A stretch of 64,000 nt of DNA from Microbotryum violaceum (lineage: Eukaryota): NCBI GenBank assembly GCA_001244265.2, contig CDLV01000009.1, positions 806,001 through 870,000 on the forward strand. Reading direction: 5' to 3'. Made by a program: the position numbers and the translations under genes. Shown here piece after piece: positions 59,401 to 64,000 of the stretch. The notes below the pieces were generated by a model that did no database searches, had not been told where the DNA came from, and saw nothing but the letters and a program-made list of their open reading frames with translations. Each line of letters starts with the position of its first letter. Position 1 is the stretch's first letter.

Positions 59401-62400
59401 GAGTTGGGGACCGTCACGAGGAAAGGCCGAGCGGCGTGCTCATGGTGCAAGACCGACAGGAAGGTGATGATCTGCACCGTCTTGCCGAGACCCATCTCGT
59501 CGGCAAGAATGCAGCCCTTTCGTTGCCACCACTGGAAGTACATAAAGCTGACACCGGCGAGCTGGAACGGCATGAGTTTGCCTCCGACGATGTAAGACGG
59601 CTGCTCCGAAACCGGCTTGAAGGTGTCCCTATTGCCCCGAGGTTTGTCGAGGTCGTCCATCTGCTTGGGTGTGAGCGTCGGCACTCGCATGGCCGGCTGG
59701 TTCGCGATAAGGAAGCGCTTGTAGGCTTGAACGTATTCGGTATATCCAGGGTCGGTAGGCTCGGGCGGCTCCTCGCGCGTAGCCGATCCGTAAGGGAGGT
59801 CGCACCACTTGAAGAAACCCTTGGCAACGAGCTTGACGCTTTCAACGGGGTCTTCGGGACCGCCTCGCCAGTTGCGCCAGTTGACGGGCTCGCGACCCTC
59901 CGTTTTCGCGTGATAGAAGATGTCGAGAACGCGGTCGACGGTCTTCCAGCTCTTGGGAATGCGATCCTCGGCATCCGGGTCGGGCAAAGGGGCCATGATT
60001 GGGAGCTCACGCGGTTTGCTCGGGTCCTCGTCATCCTCGGGATCATCCTGGGTGGGTAGATCAAAGTTGACAGTCGACCCACGCGAGAGGAAGTTGTTCA
60101 GCTTGGCCGGGTATGCCGCAACGAGGAAAGCGTGGGGGACCCAGTCCAACATTCGGTAGGATGAGCCTTGCCACTTGACGAGGTAGCTGGCACGGGCAGA
60201 AGGATCTTTCGACGAAGGAATCTGGTAGACCTGGCCAGTCTTGGCATCCCTCTTTTCGACCATCGCGGGCTGGTCGACAATGTCGCCTTCTTCGACCGCC
60301 TCGGGTTCGGCTCCTTCGCCGGGCTTGTCTTCTCGCCACGCGAGGATGACATCGAGAGGGACATTCCACTGGTAGCAGTCGTGGCAGTGGCCGTCGAGGT
60401 AGTAGGATTCGGCTGACTCTTCGATCGAATTTCCGAAATAGTCGAGGCACTCATAGTGAGAAGCTCGTCGACATTTGCTGCAACGGAACATGAGGCCGCC
60501 TCCGGGCTCGTCGGCGGAACCGTCACCTCCTTCGCCGTTCACGAGTGATTGTGCTTTTGAGGTAGGGGCCGACTCCTCCACGAGCAGTGTAGGTGGCTGA
60601 GCGGCAATCGCCTTGACGGCCGGGTTTGTGGCGGCCTTACCATCCGCAGCGGCAGCATCATCGCCCGCGGCATTCATAGGAGCTGTGAGAAGATGCATCC
60701 GGACAGTGAGCACAGGTTGCATGGGTCCGAATATGCTGTCGGGATCTTCCATGCTGACGGCAAACGTACGAGGGAGATACTTGCGACCACTGACACCGCA
60801 AGAGAGGCATCGACGGCCACCGCGCTTTTTGCAGGTCCAGCACTTGCGCAGTTCAAAGATTCGGCGTACATCCTCTTCAATTTTGACACGCGTGGGCAAC
60901 GGTTGCGATGGCACGGGCGGGCCGGGGGGAGGAGGCACCATGCGACCCGTGACGGGATCAGGAATATATGTGGAAGGGTCCGGGTCTGGTACAGGCAAAG
61001 GCGGGTACTTGGCGAGGTGGTCTTGAAAATGCTCGTCCTTGAGGTCATCAACGAACTCCTTGCGCAAAGCGCCCGGAAGACACTGGTAGTGGTACACATC
61101 GATACAGACGCTGCACTTGAACCACGCGCCGAGCTTGCTGACACGGTACTCTTCTTGATCAGAGTCCTCCTCGAGATCGCTGTCGCGCTTACGCGAGTGT
61201 CGACGCTTTTTGTTGCCATTCTTCTTCTTCTTGGCTTTGAGGGCGCGAATAAGGACGGGTACAGGTTCCCGGCCGCATCGGCCGCAAAAGGTTCGGTGAC
61301 GGAACTGGGGCAGTTGCGAGTACTCGTACTCCTCGACCACGTTGCGGCCGGAATCCGAGGTTGAGGCACCACCGCGTTCGGCCTTTTGGGGCGCGACGGG
61401 TGAAGTGTCGGAATCTTCGCCTTCATCGCCAATTCGAGAGATAACGCGATCGCGCGCACCGCGACGAGCGCCTCGACCTTCGGCGACGGCCGAAGCGGTC
61501 TCGGACATGGAAACGTCGTCACCGTCGCCGAGAGGAGTACCCTCGGCGGAGAACCCAGGCACCCGTAGTGAGCGAGACGAGGTAATCTTGACCTTCTTGG
61601 CCGGCTTCTTCTTCTTCTTGCTGTTGCCCTTGCGCCCTTTGCGCTTTCTGGTGACGACGGCGTTCTCGTCATCCACGAAATCGGATTCGTTCGAGTCATC
61701 GTCGACATCCTCGGATTCAGACGTATCCTCACCCTGGAAGCTGTCGGCGTCGGCAACCGGGCGACTGCGCTCGAGCTCCTCCTCCTCATCATCATCATCA
61801 TCAGGACCTTCGGCATAGTGCTTCGCCCCAAGCGAGTTCTTGGCAGCGCGGGAGCGCGACTTGACGTCAATGCCGGTAAACTGTTCGATAGGAGGCGCCG
61901 GAACTGGTGCCGGTGCCAATTTTGGTTTGAAAATCGCTTTTTCGGCGTTAGCCGCGTCTGGAGCCAGTTCCTGCATGGCAGCATCCAAAGCTGGATCGAT
62001 AGCAGCAGTCAAATCACCGTTGATCACCGATGAAGAGCTTTCAGTGCTATTTTTGAGAAGAGAAGGAAGGGGGCCCGGGGCGTTGAAGGCAGCCACGAGC
62101 GCCGGTGCTTGAGCAGCCATTTCCTCCTTCGAGCGCTTTGAATAGAGCACAGAAGGCCAGGGACAGGAGAAGGTCAGTATTCAGGGCAAAATGATATGAT
62201 CGTGCAATTTGAGTGAGCAATGTGGCAAGAAGAGGCCGCAAAGTTATGCGCTGTCGCGGAGGCTGCGAGCATTCTAGAAGTCCCGTGACGGGACAGCGGA
62301 GCGCCGAACGCGTCGATCGACGCGCCCAAACAGCGAGCAATGCGCGCCGCAACACGACGGGCAGCCAATACAGCCATTGCAGCCCTCCAAAAACCCTGGC

Positions 62401-63128
62401 GAGCTGGGGCAACCCGGAAATGGCGATACACGTCGATGTCACAGATAAGACACTCGGGGCACTTAATCAAGTGACCACTCGGATCCAGATCTGAAAATCG
62501 CATAGATCCAGCGAGAGCAGCACGCGAGGCGAAACGCCAAAGTCGGGCCGGCCCGCCAGGCGTGGAGGACATGATAGCCACAGGACGCACGCACACGCAT
62601 CGCATCGCATCGGGATAGCATGGCGAACCTTCGATGACGGAACACTGTCGCGCATCATCATCACTACATTGACGGCATTCCATCCCAGCAGCCAGCGCAC
62701 TTCGGTGGGCAAATCGGCTCGGTCGATCCGGCTCGCTTCGACGGAGTCGTCGCAGTTCGACCGTGCTTGGGTGCTCGGGTGCTGGGGCTGCTGCAGCAGC
62801 AGACGAAGGCCGGTGCCGCGCACGATATACCAAGAGCACACACAAAGGCTCACACCACACTCCCCACACAGGCTCGACAGCGCAAGCTGCAACTCACCTC
62901 GATTGTACCGTTCTCGCCTTGTTCGCGAACGACAAACCCTTCGCCGGTGGCTTTCTCGGCGACAATCGTCGTCACCGTCGGGTTCGAGGGCAGCGACGAG
63001 GTCGAGGACGACGCGTTGGCGGGCTCAGCAGCGCTCGAGGCCTGCTCGGGACCCGGGGCCGAGGACGTCGACAACGCGGGGTCTACAGCATCCTGGGCAA
63101 CAGCGGAGGACGGATCGGTCGACAACAT
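56475..63128 (-). CDS. CHD/Mi-2-family SNF2 chromatin remodeller (PHD fingers, chromo-like domains, helicase), Mit1-like; 5' exon uncertain
   Basis: PHD-like CGRC...CSVCIDVYHYQCL and FRCSKCRRASHYECL; chromo YLVKWQGSSY; ILADEMGLGKT, VVDEGQRLK, LLSGTPLNNN, LLSTRAGGVGINL and QAISRAHRIGQ. Confidence 0.9.
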
Positions 63129-64000
63129 GGCGCAGGGCAAGTGCGCGTCGTCACAACCGTCTTTTGTGGATCCCGCACAGCAGCGAACAGGTGGGATTGG
63201 GTGGGTGTGCAGGATGGGGAACGCAGACGTCTGCGCGTCTACGCGCGCCGACTGGTCCAATATTCGATAGACCAATATTGGCCTGCAGTGGCCTGTGGAC
63301 AAAACATATCGCCAATCTTCGTACATTGACCGAGGTCATTCTCGGGCACAGTTTTCCTACAAGCTTCCTCGCCCTTGACGCGTTCAAGACGTCGAGTCTA
63401 GCCAGATCTGACTGTCCTTCGCAAAGTCGATCAGGAATCGACAAAGTAAGAAGAAGTAACTCAGGGCGCGCCCGGATGCGGGCAGGTACGTGGTGTGTGT
63501 GTTCAGGAGGTGGAAACAACGTAGGGCTGTGATAGACACTAGGTCATTCCAGTTACATAGTACTCCAAAGCCTTACTGGAACAAAGCGGCGTCGGCTTGG
63601 AGAGGAGTCCTCCCGAGCTATCTATCGGTCGACTGAACCCGAGGTCGTCCCAAGGTGGAGCAACAAGAGGTGTACAACGTTGAATTTGGTGTCGGTAAAG
63701 GTCTTGATGTCTATGTTACGGTGTTCGATCACGACCTAATTAATCAGACGTGTTGTGGAGAGACCAGGAAGGCGTGTTTTCCCTTGCGAATGTTCGGAAT
63801 GCCGATCTCATTGTTTCGGCCGAGCAGATCTGCCTTTGCCCGTCCTAAAGCGAGCAAGGTGGGAAGGGGGTGGAGAGAGGGGTCAATTAGGGGTCCGTGC
63901 GCGGACACTGCCCTTGAGCACTCACCTTCGGTGCGCCTGGTACATGCAGGCTGGCGCGTAGGGTTCTCGGGATTTGATTTCACCACTCCCCAGATATCTT

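Noticed and set aside
56695-61984. Long antisense or alternate-frame ORFs (56695-57597, 59043-60059, 60674-61984, and similar ones over dynein and FKS1)
   Set aside because: Shadow ORFs expected from GC-rich codon usage over real genes; no motifs.
63130-64000. Possible gene or RNA at the right edge of the window
   Set aside because: Only short ORFs without motifs and no tRNA/rRNA signature recognised; probably promoter or intergenic sequence.

Overview
Intron-rich, GC-rich fungal DNA, most consistent with a basidiomycete (Pucciniomycotina/Microbotryomycetes-like; inferred from gene content and intron style). The window is mostly housekeeping genes: dynein heavy chain 3' part, Reb1/Myb factor, succinyl-CoA ligase alpha and beta, GID8, patatin-like protein, alpha/beta hydrolase, NDUFA8, aldo-keto reductase, VMA7, TIP20/RINT1, FKS1, an F-box/LRR protein and a CHD/Mit1-like remodeller. 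An accessory block at 26.4-35.9 kb holds a putative REase-like+kinase gene and a near-complete Ngaro-type tyrosine-recombinase retrotransposon with split direct repeats A1-gag-RT/RH-YR-B1-A2-B2. The most striking feature is a perfect fold-back inverted duplication of the gag 5' region (74 + 201 bp stems) directly downstream of the element's 5' repeat, resembling a Mu-killer-like hairpin silencer. Features missed by the ORF track are an 8-exon small secreted-protein gene with 7- and 13-nt micro-exons, a 5-exon Elongin-B-like gene and two intronic box C/D snoRNAs in GID8. Also notable are a PB1 + His-rich + AIM/LIR protein, a patatin lacking its catalytic residues, and natural substitutions in FKS1 echinocandin hot spot 1. 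All gene models and family calls were made by eye with no database searches.
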